DNA of 64,000 bases, from assembly GCA_963841435.1 (NCBI GenBank), contig CAWJCS010000004.1, positions 672,001 to 736,000 on the forward strand, written 5' to 3'. Numbering within the stretch: the stretch's first letter is position 1; the number at the start of each line of letters is the position of its first letter. This DNA is from an uncultured delta proteobacterium. GTDB taxonomy: Bacteria; Myxococcota_A; Polyangia; Polyangiales; Polyangiaceae. Positions 43,157 to 52,592 of the stretch are shown here, in pieces. Position numbers and translations under genes: made by a program. The notes under the pieces were generated by a model that worked only from the letters and a program-made list of their open reading frames with translations, did no database searches and had not been told where the DNA came from.

Positions 43157-44110
43157 CTAGTACCGACTACCGGATACGCCTCGGCTGATCAGAGACTCGA
43201 GAGCGTCCAAATGTTCCGCGCGCAGGGTGACGTTCTGTGACGCCCAGTTTTCCTCCAGGCGCTCCGTCCTCCGCGTACCTGGGATTGCCGCAAGGGGGAC
43301 GTCGCGCGACAGCACCCATGCGAGGGCGACTTGAGCTGCCGTGGCGCCCATGTCTTTCGCGATTTCAGCGACGACAGCGGCAAGCTCGCTGTTCTTGGCG
43401 ATGGCTTCGTCGGTGAAGCGTGGGTTTTGCAGTCTCCAGTCGCCGGGTTGTAGGTCGCTGCGCGAGCGGACGGCGCCGGAGAGGAATCCTCGGCCGAGGG
43501 GGCTGTAGGCGACGAATCCGATGTCGAGGCGTCGAAGGGTGGGGAGGATGGTGGCCTCAACGTCTCGCGACCAGAGGGAGTACTCGGTTTGGAGCGCGCT
43601 TATCGGATGGACTTCGTGCGCGCGCGCGATGGTCTCGGGGTCTGCCTCACTGAGGCCGATGTAGCGCACTTTGCCCGCCTTCACGAGCTCAGCCATGGCG
43701 CCGACCGTTTCCTCGATCGGCGTTTTGGGGTCCACGCGGTGCTGATAGTAAAGGTCGATGTAGTCCGTCCTGAGCCGCTTCAAGGAGGCGTCGCAGCAAG
43801 CCTTAACGTAGTCGGCACTCCCCTTCACACCTTGAAAGCTACCGTCTTCACCGCGACGAACGCCGAATTTGGTCGCCAGGGTGATTTGGCCGCGACGCCC
43901 TTCGAGTGCCTTCGACAACAAGATTTCGTTCGTGAATGGACCATACATGTCCGAAGTGTCCCAGAACGTGCACCCGATCGCCGCGGCTCGCTCGAGAACG
44001 CGAAGATTCTGAGCTTCCGAAGAGGAACCGTAAAAGTCCGACATCCCCATGCAACCCAAACCGATTGCAGGCACACGAAGGCCCTGTGAACCAAGCTTGA
44101 CCTGTTTCAT
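43157..44110 (-). CDS. aldo/keto reductase
   Basis: IGLGCMGMS, WDTSDMYG, LATKFG, DYIDLYYQHRVD, GKVRYIGLSE, YSPLGRG, IPGT. Confidence 0.95.
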   Translation of the reverse strand: MKQVKLGSQGLRVPAIGLGCMGMSDFYGSSSEAQNLRVLERAAAIGCTFWDTSDMYGPFTNEILLSKALEGRRGQITLATKFGVRRGEDGSFQGVKGSADYVKACCDASLKRLRTDYIDLYYQHRVDPKTPIEETVGAMAELVKAGKVRYIGLSEADPETIARAHEVHPISALQTEYSLWSRDVEATILPTLRRLDIGFVAYSPLGRGFLSGAVRSRSDLQPGDWRLQNPRFTDEAIAKNSELAAVVAEIAKDMGATAAQVALAWVLSRDVPLAAIPGTRRTERLEENWASQNVTLRAEHLDALESLISRGVSGSRY

Positions 44111-44115
44111 GACTC

Positions 44116-44150
44116 TTATGCGATACCCCCCGCACGGCCGCGGTGCATAA
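44116..44150. promoter_or_regulatory. inverted repeat TTATGC-N23-GCATAA upstream of the aldo/keto reductase (possible regulator site)
   Basis: Read directly; relatively AT-rich spot; no cognate regulator gene adjacent. Confidence 0.3.
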
Positions 44151-44330
44151 CTGCTTGCCCAATCCTTACACACACGGGGAGGCGCGCTCCGTCCCCCCCA
44201 GGCTGGTCCAGGATATCGCTCGAGGCCGACCCCGTGTACCTGGAAGGACTCATCGAGCAGGCTTCCCGGGACGGGCGAGGCGGCCTCCACCCTGGGCTCC
44301 GCCCGTTCGCCATCTCGCGTGAGGGGGTAA

Positions 44331-44651
44331 CCCTCGCTGAACGGTGTGCTGGCCACGGTGCCCACCACGGGCGGCACACCGACCGTGCTCGGCTCGGGCA
44401 CCGGGACCGACTGGACTCCCGGTGTGCACGGCGACGGCTTCGGCACACGGAGCCTTGCAGTCGGTGCCGGCCTGGTCTTCTGGACCAACCTCGGCTCCGG
44501 CAAGGTGATGTCCTTGCCGCTCACGGGCGGCGACGCCGTCACGATCGTTTCTTCGCTCACCAACCCCCACGCGCTCGCGGTCAACGCCGACAACCTCTAC
44601 TTCACGCAGGAAACGGGCGGCGTCTGGCGTGTGGCGAAGCACGCACGCTGA
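44331..44651 (+). pseudogene. 3' remnant of a beta-propeller repeat protein
   Basis: LAV....VFWTN...G.VM..PL.GG....PHALAV....LYF repeats; in-frame stop at 44328-44330, no signal peptide. Confidence 0.5.
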
Positions 44652-44711
44652 GCGCGGCCCGAGCTCGGCGAGCGGGTGAGGGCCCCGGCAAGCGAGCCGT
44701 GCGCCAGCGCG

Positions 44712-44934
44712 GGCGAGGCGGTTCTCAGGTGAGCCGCAGTCCGTGGCGCTTCGCGTACTCGACGAGACCGAGCTTGTCGATGCTCCGGAGATCGCTCGTC
44801 GTCACCTTGAGGGCGACGTGGCGGCCGAGCTCGGGGACCCAGAGCCGACGCTCCTGCACGTTGACGTGCTGCCAGCGCATGGTCTTGATGTTCGAGTGCG
44901 AAACGTTGCGCGCGTGGAGCTTGCGCTTGCCGGT
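44712..44934. repeat. right copy of the 223-bp direct repeat (within intact rpmB)
   Basis: Matches 33215-33437 at offset 11497 with 3 mismatches. Confidence 0.95.
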
Positions 44935-44952
44935 GATCTGGCTTTTTGCCAT
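44725..44952 (-). CDS. rpmB: 50S ribosomal protein L28 (Cys-free form)
   Basis: ITGK....RNVSHSNIKT.R....N.Q..RLWVPE......LKV....LRSIDK.G. Confidence 0.95.
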   Translation of the reverse strand: MAKSQITGKRKLHARNVSHSNIKTMRWQHVNVQERRLWVPELGRHVALKVTTSDLRSIDKLGLVEYAKRHGLRLT

Positions 44953-45061
44953 GACGGGGCGCGGACCCTAGCGCCTTTCCCCGACACGTTCAAATCGCGG
45001 GGCGAAACGGCCCGGGCTGGGCGACATTTCATCGTCTTTTCGTGTAGATCGGGTCGCTACC

Positions 45062-48031
45062 TCAGCGGGCCTCGTCGCGCAGCTGGAGCGTCATGCGGGC
45101 CGCGAAGCTGCGGGGAGCGTTGGGGGCACCGGTCGGCTCCGTGTCGAAGCCTACGTCGCTGCGCAGCGACCCGAAGCGCGAAAGCAAGAGCGCCAGTGGC
45201 GAGCCAGAGACGGGCGTTTCCGGGTAGACGGGGGCGTAGGCGGTGCCCCGCGCGGGATCGAGCGTGCCCTCGCGGCTCGCTCGGTAGAGCGCCCCGTCGG
45301 GCGTGAGAGGCACGAAGCCGAGCGTCGCTCTTGCGGCCGCGCGGAAGGCGTCGTCGCCCGCGCGCGCGGGCGGATCACCGCGAAGCACGGCGTCTGCGGC
45401 GTTCCGTCCGCGTTCCGCGGACTGGACGCGCTCGGCAGCCAGCAACCAGCCGAGGGCCGTCGCGAGCGGACCGCCCGGGCTCGCGCCAAGCTCCATCACG
45501 AGCTGCCCGTGTTGGGCCGGGTCCTTCGCCGAGACGGCGCGCGGGGTGCGCCCCTCGAGCTGCTCGTCGATCAGGCGGTCGAGCACGGGGCGCGAGAGCG
45601 AGAAGACGAGCGCTTGCGGGCACAGCGCGTAAAAGAGGGACGCGCCTTTTTCCACCATGCCGCCGGGCGCTGCCGAGATCTCCTTCACCGTGATGCCCCG
45701 GTGCTTGCCCACCTGCTGGAACTGGAAAACGTCGGGCGCCGCGTCGCCCGCGAGCTTTTGAAGGTGGCCGAGGGCGATGCCGGCGCCCACGCGGTTTCTC
45801 ACGGCGAGCACGGCATAGGCGGGCAGGCGGAGCAGCCCTTCGAACCCGTCGCTGACGCGTTCCTCGTTTGGCGGCTCGAGCGCGGGACCCACGAACGGCG
45901 CGGCGACGCTCGTCAGCTCCGCGCGATCGGCCACGCCGACCATGACCCAGTCGCCGACCCAGTCGAGCGCGAAGCGGTACCCGCCGAACGAGAGCGCGCG
46001 CGTGAGCTCTTGGCGCAGGCTCGCTTCTTTGCCGAGCCCGAGCGTCATGCGAAAGCCTGCACCGGAATCGGGGGCGGCGACGCGCGCGCGCCCCACGGTG
46101 CCGGAGACCAGCTCGCGCTCGAGGCTCGGCTCGAGCGGCAATGCGCGCAGCGCGAACGAATAGCGGCCCGGGTGCTCCTTCGAACGCGCGACGCGCAGCG
46201 CCGCGGGGTCGACGTAGCTCGACCAGTTGGCCGCATACGCGAACGCGAAACGCTCGTAGGCGAGCTTCTCGTCGGGCGTCACCTTCACGACTGCCGGCAG
46301 ATCGATGAGCGGCTCGAGCGCATCGAGCGAGCCGTAGGCCGAGCGTGGCGCTGCGCCGGGCACGTAGAAAATGGGGCCACCGTCGAAATGGCGGAGCTCG
46401 TCGCGCGTCAGCACGCCGGATGCGACGAGCTCCTTTTCGTCGGTGGGGCGACGCCCGTTGAGCCAACCAAAGAGCAGCGACGCCACACCCGGTGCCGTGA
46501 GCTCGCCGAGCGCAAGCTCGCGGCGTGCGGCGGCGATCTTCTGCGCTGGCCCGACGACGGACAGGATGAAACGATCACCGAAGAAGGCCAGCGATTCGTC
46601 GGGTGCGTCGGCGTCACGTGCCAGCAAGAAAGAAAGATCGGGCTCGTCGGAGAGCTTCGGCGCGCGACCGAGCGCGGCGTCGATCACGCGTCGGATCGCC
46701 GTGGGGCTGTTCGAGACGAGCTCGAGCCCCGCGACGCTGGCCTGCCGGCGTCGCACGCGGCCGTCCGCCGAACGCGTGGTGGTGACGACGACCCCCGCGT
46801 ACGTTTCTTCCGACGAGGTGACGCCGGGGTGCACGGCGCCGTGCTTCGCGAGGGCCTTCGCGAGCGCCGCCTCGAAGAGCGGCGCCGATTTGACGGCGAA
46901 GAGCAGCGTCACGTCGCTTCCCTCGTGAACGTACGGGTCGCTCCCGGCCACGGCCACGCTGTCTATCGCGCTCGGGCCCAGCACCCGCGCCAGCTCCGTG
47001 CGTTCGAGACCGAGCTCGGTGAGGTAGCGGGCGGTCGTGCCCCAATCGATGCTGCTGCCGTCGAGTGCGTCGGCGGCCGGCTGGCCCCAGCGATCGAAAA
47101 AATCGAGCACGTCGAGGAACGCATCCAGCGTTCGTGAGCGGAAGTACCAGAAGTCGGCCGGCACCGCGCGAGCGAGCGGCTCGTCCGGAGCGGACCGCCC
47201 GAGCCCGGCGAGCATGGTGCGGTAGTCGAGGCGCGGTACGGCTGGCGGCGCCACACTCGCGATGGGCACGCGCCGGCCCTTGGCACTCGCGGCAAGCGCG
47301 AGCCGGCGGTCCTGCATCAGGGCGTGCTGCAGGGCGGCGCGACCCGTCGTCGTCGCCATCAGCTCGGCGAGCGCATCGGGTCCGCTCGACGAGAGCGCCT
47401 CGGTGTGCGCGCGCGCGGAGCCGGGTTTTGCCTTGCTGCTCGCCATTTCGTGCAGCCGCCGTGCGGCGAACGCGGCGAAGGGGCTCGTGCTCGTGTCGCG
47501 CCACGTGAACGTCTGCGCGAGTGCCTCGAGAAACTCCGCGTCGAGCGCGGCCGACGGTTTCGGTAGCGCGCCACGCTGGCTCAACCGGACCTCGCGTCCC
47601 GGTGCTCCGCCCGCCGCGAGAAACAGCGATCCTGTGACGGGCTCGGAGGAGGTGGCGAGGGGCCGTCGCACCCACAGCGTGGGCGTGTTCCCCTGCTTTG
47701 CCACGAACGCGAGCGTTGCGCCGTCGACGACGGCGACCGAGTCGCCAAAGGCGCTGCCACCGACGGGCTGCAGCGAGACCGCGAGGATTTCCGTGTCGCG
47801 CGTCACGCTGCGTCGCACGACCTCGACGCTTTCGTCGAGCGGCGGGAGCGGTGAGAGCGTGCCCGTGCGCAAGCGCGCGAGCGGTGGCTCGGGGGTGAGC
47901 GCCTCGGCCGGCGCTCTTTTCGCGTGAGGCGGCGCTGCGGAGCGGGCAGGCTTTTCCGCTTTCGGCGTGCAGGCACCGGCGAGGACCGCGAATGCGGCGA
48001 CCCCGCGCATCCACGAAGTGAAGGCAGACAT
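45062..48031 (-). CDS. large hypothetical lipoprotein (about 990 aa)
   Basis: Lipobox LAGAC; long ORF with protein-like composition; start inferred at ATG 48031. Confidence 0.75.
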   Translation of the reverse strand: MSAFTSWMRGVAAFAVLAGACTPKAEKPARSAAPPHAKRAPAEALTPEPPLARLRTGTLSPLPPLDESVEVVRRSVTRDTEILAVSLQPVGGSAFGDSVAVVDGATLAFVAKQGNTPTLWVRRPLATSSEPVTGSLFLAAGGAPGREVRLSQRGALPKPSAALDAEFLEALAQTFTWRDTSTSPFAAFAARRLHEMASSKAKPGSARAHTEALSSSGPDALAELMATTTGRAALQHALMQDRRLALAASAKGRRVPIASVAPPAVPRLDYRTMLAGLGRSAPDEPLARAVPADFWYFRSRTLDAFLDVLDFFDRWGQPAADALDGSSIDWGTTARYLTELGLERTELARVLGPSAIDSVAVAGSDPYVHEGSDVTLLFAVKSAPLFEAALAKALAKHGAVHPGVTSSEETYAGVVVTTTRSADGRVRRRQASVAGLELVSNSPTAIRRVIDAALGRAPKLSDEPDLSFLLARDADAPDESLAFFGDRFILSVVGPAQKIAAARRELALGELTAPGVASLLFGWLNGRRPTDEKELVASGVLTRDELRHFDGGPIFYVPGAAPRSAYGSLDALEPLIDLPAVVKVTPDEKLAYERFAFAYAANWSSYVDPAALRVARSKEHPGRYSFALRALPLEPSLERELVSGTVGRARVAAPDSGAGFRMTLGLGKEASLRQELTRALSFGGYRFALDWVGDWVMVGVADRAELTSVAAPFVGPALEPPNEERVSDGFEGLLRLPAYAVLAVRNRVGAGIALGHLQKLAGDAAPDVFQFQQVGKHRGITVKEISAAPGGMVEKGASLFYALCPQALVFSLSRPVLDRLIDEQLEGRTPRAVSAKDPAQHGQLVMELGASPGGPLATALGWLLAAERVQSAERGRNAADAVLRGDPPARAGDDAFRAAARATLGFVPLTPDGALYRASREGTLDPARGTAYAPVYPETPVSGSPLALLLSRFGSLRSDVGFDTEPTGAPNAPRSFAARMTLQLRDEAR

Positions 48032-48239
48032 GCTGCGATGGTACCGGACCTTCGGCACAATCCCTTCGCCGAGGCGTGTCCCCGGGCTCCGGCGCAGTGG
48101 CACTCCGAACCGAACGGGGCGTTTCCCCGTCGGTTTCGGGTGGTGAGGTGGCACTCAGGGGCCGGCCCAACGACCAACCGCGTCGCCTGTGGCCGTCGCT
48201 TGGCGACGGGCAGCAGGACGTCCTAGGGTCCGCTCGCGC

Positions 48240-48917
48240 ATGTCGGAGACAACGGCTCCGTCGGGCGGTCTCGGGCGGCAACCGCTCCACTTCCGCTTGC
48301 TCGCGGCCTACGGCGGCATCGTGGTCGTGTTTCTCACCGGCGTGCAGCGCGTGCTCGGGGGGATCCCGAAGCAGCTCGTCGAGCTGGGGCTCGCGGGGCT
48401 CCTGCTCGGGGCGTTCGCGACGCACCCGGCCGTCGCGATGATGCGAGCCCGCGTGGGCCGCGTGGCGGCGGTCCTGGCGCTCGCTTGGCCCGCCGCCGTG
48501 CTGCTCGTCAACGCGGCGCACCCGCGCACGATGCTGCTCTTCCCCCTCCACAAATGGCACATGTTCAGCGCGCCCATGGGGCACGCGCGCGATCCCGAGC
48601 AGCTTCGTTACTTCGCGCACTACGCCGACGGCAGCTCCGGGCGCGTCATGCCGGGCGCCGGCGTTTCCGACGTCGTCGCGTCGGGGCTCGACGCCGAGCT
48701 CAGGGAGCTCTTCGCGTCGCTCGAGAAGCACCCCGGAGATGCCACGCTCCGTGGCCGGGCCACCGCCGCCCTGCGCGGCGTCGCGGCCATGGAGGCAGCC
48801 GGCGGCGAACGGGGGACCATCACGGGCTTCGACGTCGAACGTTGCGTCTTACCTGTCCGAGCGCCGTACGGCGAGCACTGCGTCGAGGTCGGCGACTTCC
48901 CGAGGCTTTCGCCGTGA
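48240..48917 (+). CDS. hypothetical membrane protein (possible HTTM partner)
   Basis: Three N-terminal TM segments then FPL..W.MFS motif; GTGA-coupled to the next gene. Confidence 0.6.
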   Translation: MSETTAPSGGLGRQPLHFRLLAAYGGIVVVFLTGVQRVLGGIPKQLVELGLAGLLLGAFATHPAVAMMRARVGRVAAVLALAWPAAVLLVNAAHPRTMLLFPLHKWHMFSAPMGHARDPEQLRYFAHYADGSSGRVMPGAGVSDVVASGLDAELRELFASLEKHPGDATLRGRATAALRGVAAMEAAGGERGTITGFDVERCVLPVRAPYGEHCVEVGDFPRLSP

Positions 48918-49789
48918 TTCACGAACACGTGAGCCCGAAGAAGCTCGCGCTCGTGCGCATCGTATTGTTCTCGGCGCTCGCGGGCTACGCGCTCAGCGTA
49001 CCGGGGGAACGGCTGTCGTTGTTGCCGCCCGGCGTGCACGAGGGGGTGGGTCTCACGGCGTTTTTCCCTGCCTTGCTCGACGGGCGCGTGATGCTCGGCC
49101 TGCGCGCCGTGGCGGCGCTGCTGCTCGGGGCGGCCGCCGCCGGTGTGCGCCCGTTTCGGCCCATCGCGTGCCTCGGAATGCTGCTTTTCACCGTTTTCGT
49201 CGCGCTGCTTCACCCCGGGCATCGCGAAGCCGGAGCGCTCTACCTGGGCTATGCGCTCGCGCTCGGACCGTCGGCGGAGGCGCTTTCGGTTGGTGGCTTC
49301 AGCGCGGCGAAGCGTCCGGCTCCGCCCGAGCTTTTCTCGCTCACGCTCGTCGTGGCATCGTTCGTGTTCCTGCTCACCTACGCGATGACCGGCGTGCAGC
49401 GCCTGCTCGACGGGTCGCCCGAGGCGTTCTTCGACCACAGCATGGTCTGGCACATTGCGAGCAACAGTGAGCGCAACGGCAGCTTCGGTTTCTCGTACGG
49501 GTTTGCCTTCCTTCGCAGCGTGCCCGGCGCCAGGGTGCTGCTCGACGCCGGATTCTTGCTTTCGACCTACCTCGAAGCGCTGGCGCCCTTTGCACTATTC
49601 TGGACGAATTTCCGAAGGGTTTTCGTGCTGTTCGCGCTCGGATTTCATCTATCGAATCTGCTGCTCATGAACATCGAGTTCGGTTTGAGCATGCTCGTGG
49701 CCCTCCTTTTGCTCGTCGCGTGGGAAGCACCGGGCGAGCGCGCGGCCCCTCTCGTCGTCAGCGAGCGCACGAGCCGACGGGTCGCGTGA
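48914..49789 (+). CDS. HTTM-like polytopic membrane protein
   Basis: LALVRI, ALS(V), TY...G..RL, LEALAPFAL, GFH.....LM.I.F motifs. Confidence 0.6.
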   Translation: MIHEHVSPKKLALVRIVLFSALAGYALSVPGERLSLLPPGVHEGVGLTAFFPALLDGRVMLGLRAVAALLLGAAAAGVRPFRPIACLGMLLFTVFVALLHPGHREAGALYLGYALALGPSAEALSVGGFSAAKRPAPPELFSLTLVVASFVFLLTYAMTGVQRLLDGSPEAFFDHSMVWHIASNSERNGSFGFSYGFAFLRSVPGARVLLDAGFLLSTYLEALAPFALFWTNFRRVFVLFALGFHLSNLLLMNIEFGLSMLVALLLLVAWEAPGERAAPLVVSERTSRRVA

Positions 49790-49814
49790 GCCGGGCGCAG
49801 TCTCGAAGTCGTGG

Positions 49815-51567
49815 TTAGCTCGCGGGTCCGGTCGTGGGCGCTTTCGCTGCCCGTAGCACGACGAACCTCGCGTTCGCGTAGACCGTGGGGTACGCGGCGA
49901 GGGCCGCTTCGTGACCCCGCCGCACGACGACGTAGTCGAATCCGTAGCGGCGGCGCAGGCGCTCCAGGCGCTCGGCGTCGAGCGAATCGTAGCCTGCGAG
50001 CTCTTCCATCGTTCGCAGGTTCGGGCGACCCGAGACGTCACGCAGGCGGCCGAGCCAATCGATGAGCTCGCTGGGAATCGCTGGCACTCCCTTCCAGTTG
50101 ACCACGATGGCGCGCTCGGAAAGAAGCCTGAACGCTTCCATGTCTGGCGGCGTGAGGAACAAGGCGGAACGCGGCGTTTGCGTTCGCATCCAATCGTAGA
50201 GCGCCCACTCGTCTTTGGGCTTCGGCAGGAGCAGCGTGGAGTGGATGGGCATGCGCAGCACCGGGCCCGCGCCGAAAAGGACGAGCAACGCGACGCCTGC
50301 GAGCACGAGGTTCGTCGTCGAGCGGCCGCGACCCCGTGAGAGCAGGCGCTCGAGCCGAGCTGGAAGCTTGACGGAGCCTCCTAGCCCGACGAAGCCCGCA
50401 ACGACGACGGCCGCGGTCCCGAGCGCGAGCAGCTCTAGCGCGGCGGTATGGCGTTGTAGGGCGTAGCCGGTCGTGAGCACGCCGACACCGAGCACGGCGA
50501 GCCAGCGCGGTAAGGTTCCGAAGGCGTGCGAGTGATCCGGCTCGGCGACGAGGCGCAAGCCGACGGCAACCGTGGCGGCTTGCAGCAGCACGAGGGCGTG
50601 GGGCAAGACTCGCCACACGAACAAGAGCGCGAATCGGTCACGCAGCGCCATGGCGATGAGGCCCCCCCAAATGACGACGGCGAAGCCGACGCTCAGCGAA
50701 AGGGTGCGCTTGGACGGCGGATCCCCACGCAGCGCCGCCGGCCAGAGCGCGGCGAGCCCCACGAGCTCCCAGCCGACGAAGGGAAGGAACAGAGGTCCAC
50801 TGCCGGCCCAGCATGAAGTGGTGAGCGTTGCGCGCGTGCGTGAAGACCCAGTTCGCGACGTCCGCCCCCGCCGGGGCCTGGTTGGCGCGCAGCATCATGG
50901 GCAGGAAGCCGGCGCCCACGACGGCGGGTAGCGCGAGCTGTGCGGCGAGCCGGCGCGCGAGCCCCGCACGCCCCAAGAACAGGTGAGCGAGCCCGAACGC
51001 GCCCATACCGAGCACGAGGAGGTTCAGGTGAAATAGCCCGGCGAGCCCGAGTAGCATTCCCGAAAGCAGGTAGCGGCCCTGAACGAAGGGCGCGAACGCA
51101 AGCACGAGAAACAGCGAGCTTACGCCCGACGGCTGGAAGACCCCGTCGAAGACGTAGGTCGTGCCGGGGCCGCGCCAGCGCGTCACGAAACCGATGGTCG
51201 TGAGCACGAGGTACGTCGCGAGCGCGAGCCGCGGACCGGCGAGCACTCGCGCGAGCGCGTACAGGCCAGCCGCCGCGGCCGCGATCGTAAGCGTCTGGGC
51301 GATGCCGAAGGCCCAGCCGTTCGGAGATAGCGAAAGCAGGAGCTCACCTAGGTACCCGTAGGCGGGGTGGTACTGTGTCGTCTCCGTCACGTACCAATCA
51401 CGAGCCAAAAGGCTCGGATCGGAGAAGTGCAGCGAGAGCGGGAGGTAGCAGGTATGGCCGCCGATCGCCCAGTTCCAGCCGAAGCTCGCGCCGAGGCCGA
51501 GCGCGGTCACGGCAACGAGCAGGGCCTCGAGCCAGGGCGCGATGCGGTGCGCGGCATTCACGCGCAC
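49815..51567 (-). CDS. polytopic membrane protein (DUF6798 / GT-C-like), apparent +1 frameshift near 50793
   Basis: P.L...DW, GLFH, R..HH in ORF 50638-51567; W.R..TP...LFL.PP....FR....RAIVV.WK..P.....W..R in ORF 49815-50762; removing one base joins them. Confidence 0.6.
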
Positions 51568-51720
51568 ATCCTATCCGTGGTGGCTCGCCCTGCGAAGGTC
51601 AGCGGTCGAAAAGCCGGCGGCGCTGCGATCAGCGGTTGCCGAACGGTTGGGGCGTGAGCGACATGAGGTACGAATAGAGCGCTGTCATTTCGATGATCGG
51701 CCCCGGGCGGTCAGCGGCCG

Positions 51721-52539
51721 TCAGCGCAGCGACAACGCCCCGAGCTCTCGCACCAGGCTCCGGCAAAAAGCACGCAGCGCCGAAAACTCCTTGGGGCGTT
51801 GGGCGAGGGTCTTCTCGTCCATGTAAAGGCGCCTGGCGAGCTCTATTTGGATCGCGTGGCAGCCTGCCCGCGGGCGGCCGTAGCAGAAGGTGCTGTACCC
51901 CCCGCGGTACGGCTCGTCGTGCCTGAGCTCGTGGCCCGCCTCGCGGCAAAGTGCCTCGACGCGCGCGATCACCGCGGGCCCCGCCGTGCTCTTGCCTCGG
52001 GTCCCGGGCACGATATCGGCCCGCTCGACGCCGGCGTCATCATGGCCGTCGCGGCCGCGGCTCGGCATGGAGTGGGCGCAGAGCAAAAGGGCGAAGCCGT
52101 GGCGCGCGCGCCGCTCCTCGAGCAAGCCGGCGAGCGTCTCGTGATAGGGGCGGTGGTAGGTGGCGACGCGCCGCTCGTACTCGGCGCGTGGCAGCGGGCC
52201 GAGCAGCGCGGGGCGCCCTTCCGTCGTCGTGCGCCAGATGAAGCCGTGGGGTGACGAACGCGCGGCGCCGCCTTCCGCCGCCTGGGGGTCGACGTCGTCG
52301 ACGGCCCGGTTCAGATCGCAAACGTAGCGGCTATAGTTCGCGACGAGCAGCGCCGCGCCCTCGTCGGGAGCATCGGCATAGAGCTCGTCAACGTAGAGGT
52401 CGGCGTCCGAGCCGAGCGACCGCCCGGATGCCGCGAGGGAGCCGAGCGAGACGGGATCGAGGCCGAGTCCGGCATGCGGCACCTCCACCACGAGCGGCGT
52501 GGGGGTGCCTCTGGGCTGGGTGAGCGTGAAGGGGAGCAG
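51721..52539 (-). CDS. N-formylglutamate amidohydrolase family
   Basis: PLVVEVPHAG, D..VDELY, SRYVCDLNR, HRPYH, CAHSMPS, PYRGGY, HAIQIE..R.LY; start uncertain. Confidence 0.9.
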   Translation of the reverse strand: MLPFTLTQPRGTPTPLVVEVPHAGLGLDPVSLGSLAASGRSLGSDADLYVDELYADAPDEGAALLVANYSRYVCDLNRAVDDVDPQAAEGGAARSSPHGFIWRTTTEGRPALLGPLPRAEYERRVATYHRPYHETLAGLLEERRARHGFALLLCAHSMPSRGRDGHDDAGVERADIVPGTRGKSTAGPAVIARVEALCREAGHELRHDEPYRGGYSTFCYGRPRAGCHAIQIELARRLYMDEKTLAQRPKEFSALRAFCRSLVRELGALSLR

Positions 52540-52592
52540 ACGGCGGTGTTACCACGCCTTTTCCCGCCTGGGCAGGCTTCTCGGGCCGCTTT

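Larger units (their letters stand above)
33438..44711. mobile_element. putative genomic island or accessory segment bounded by rpmB direct repeats
   Basis: Flanked by 223-bp direct repeats; accessory cargo and gene fragments; no integrase seen inside. Confidence 0.6.
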
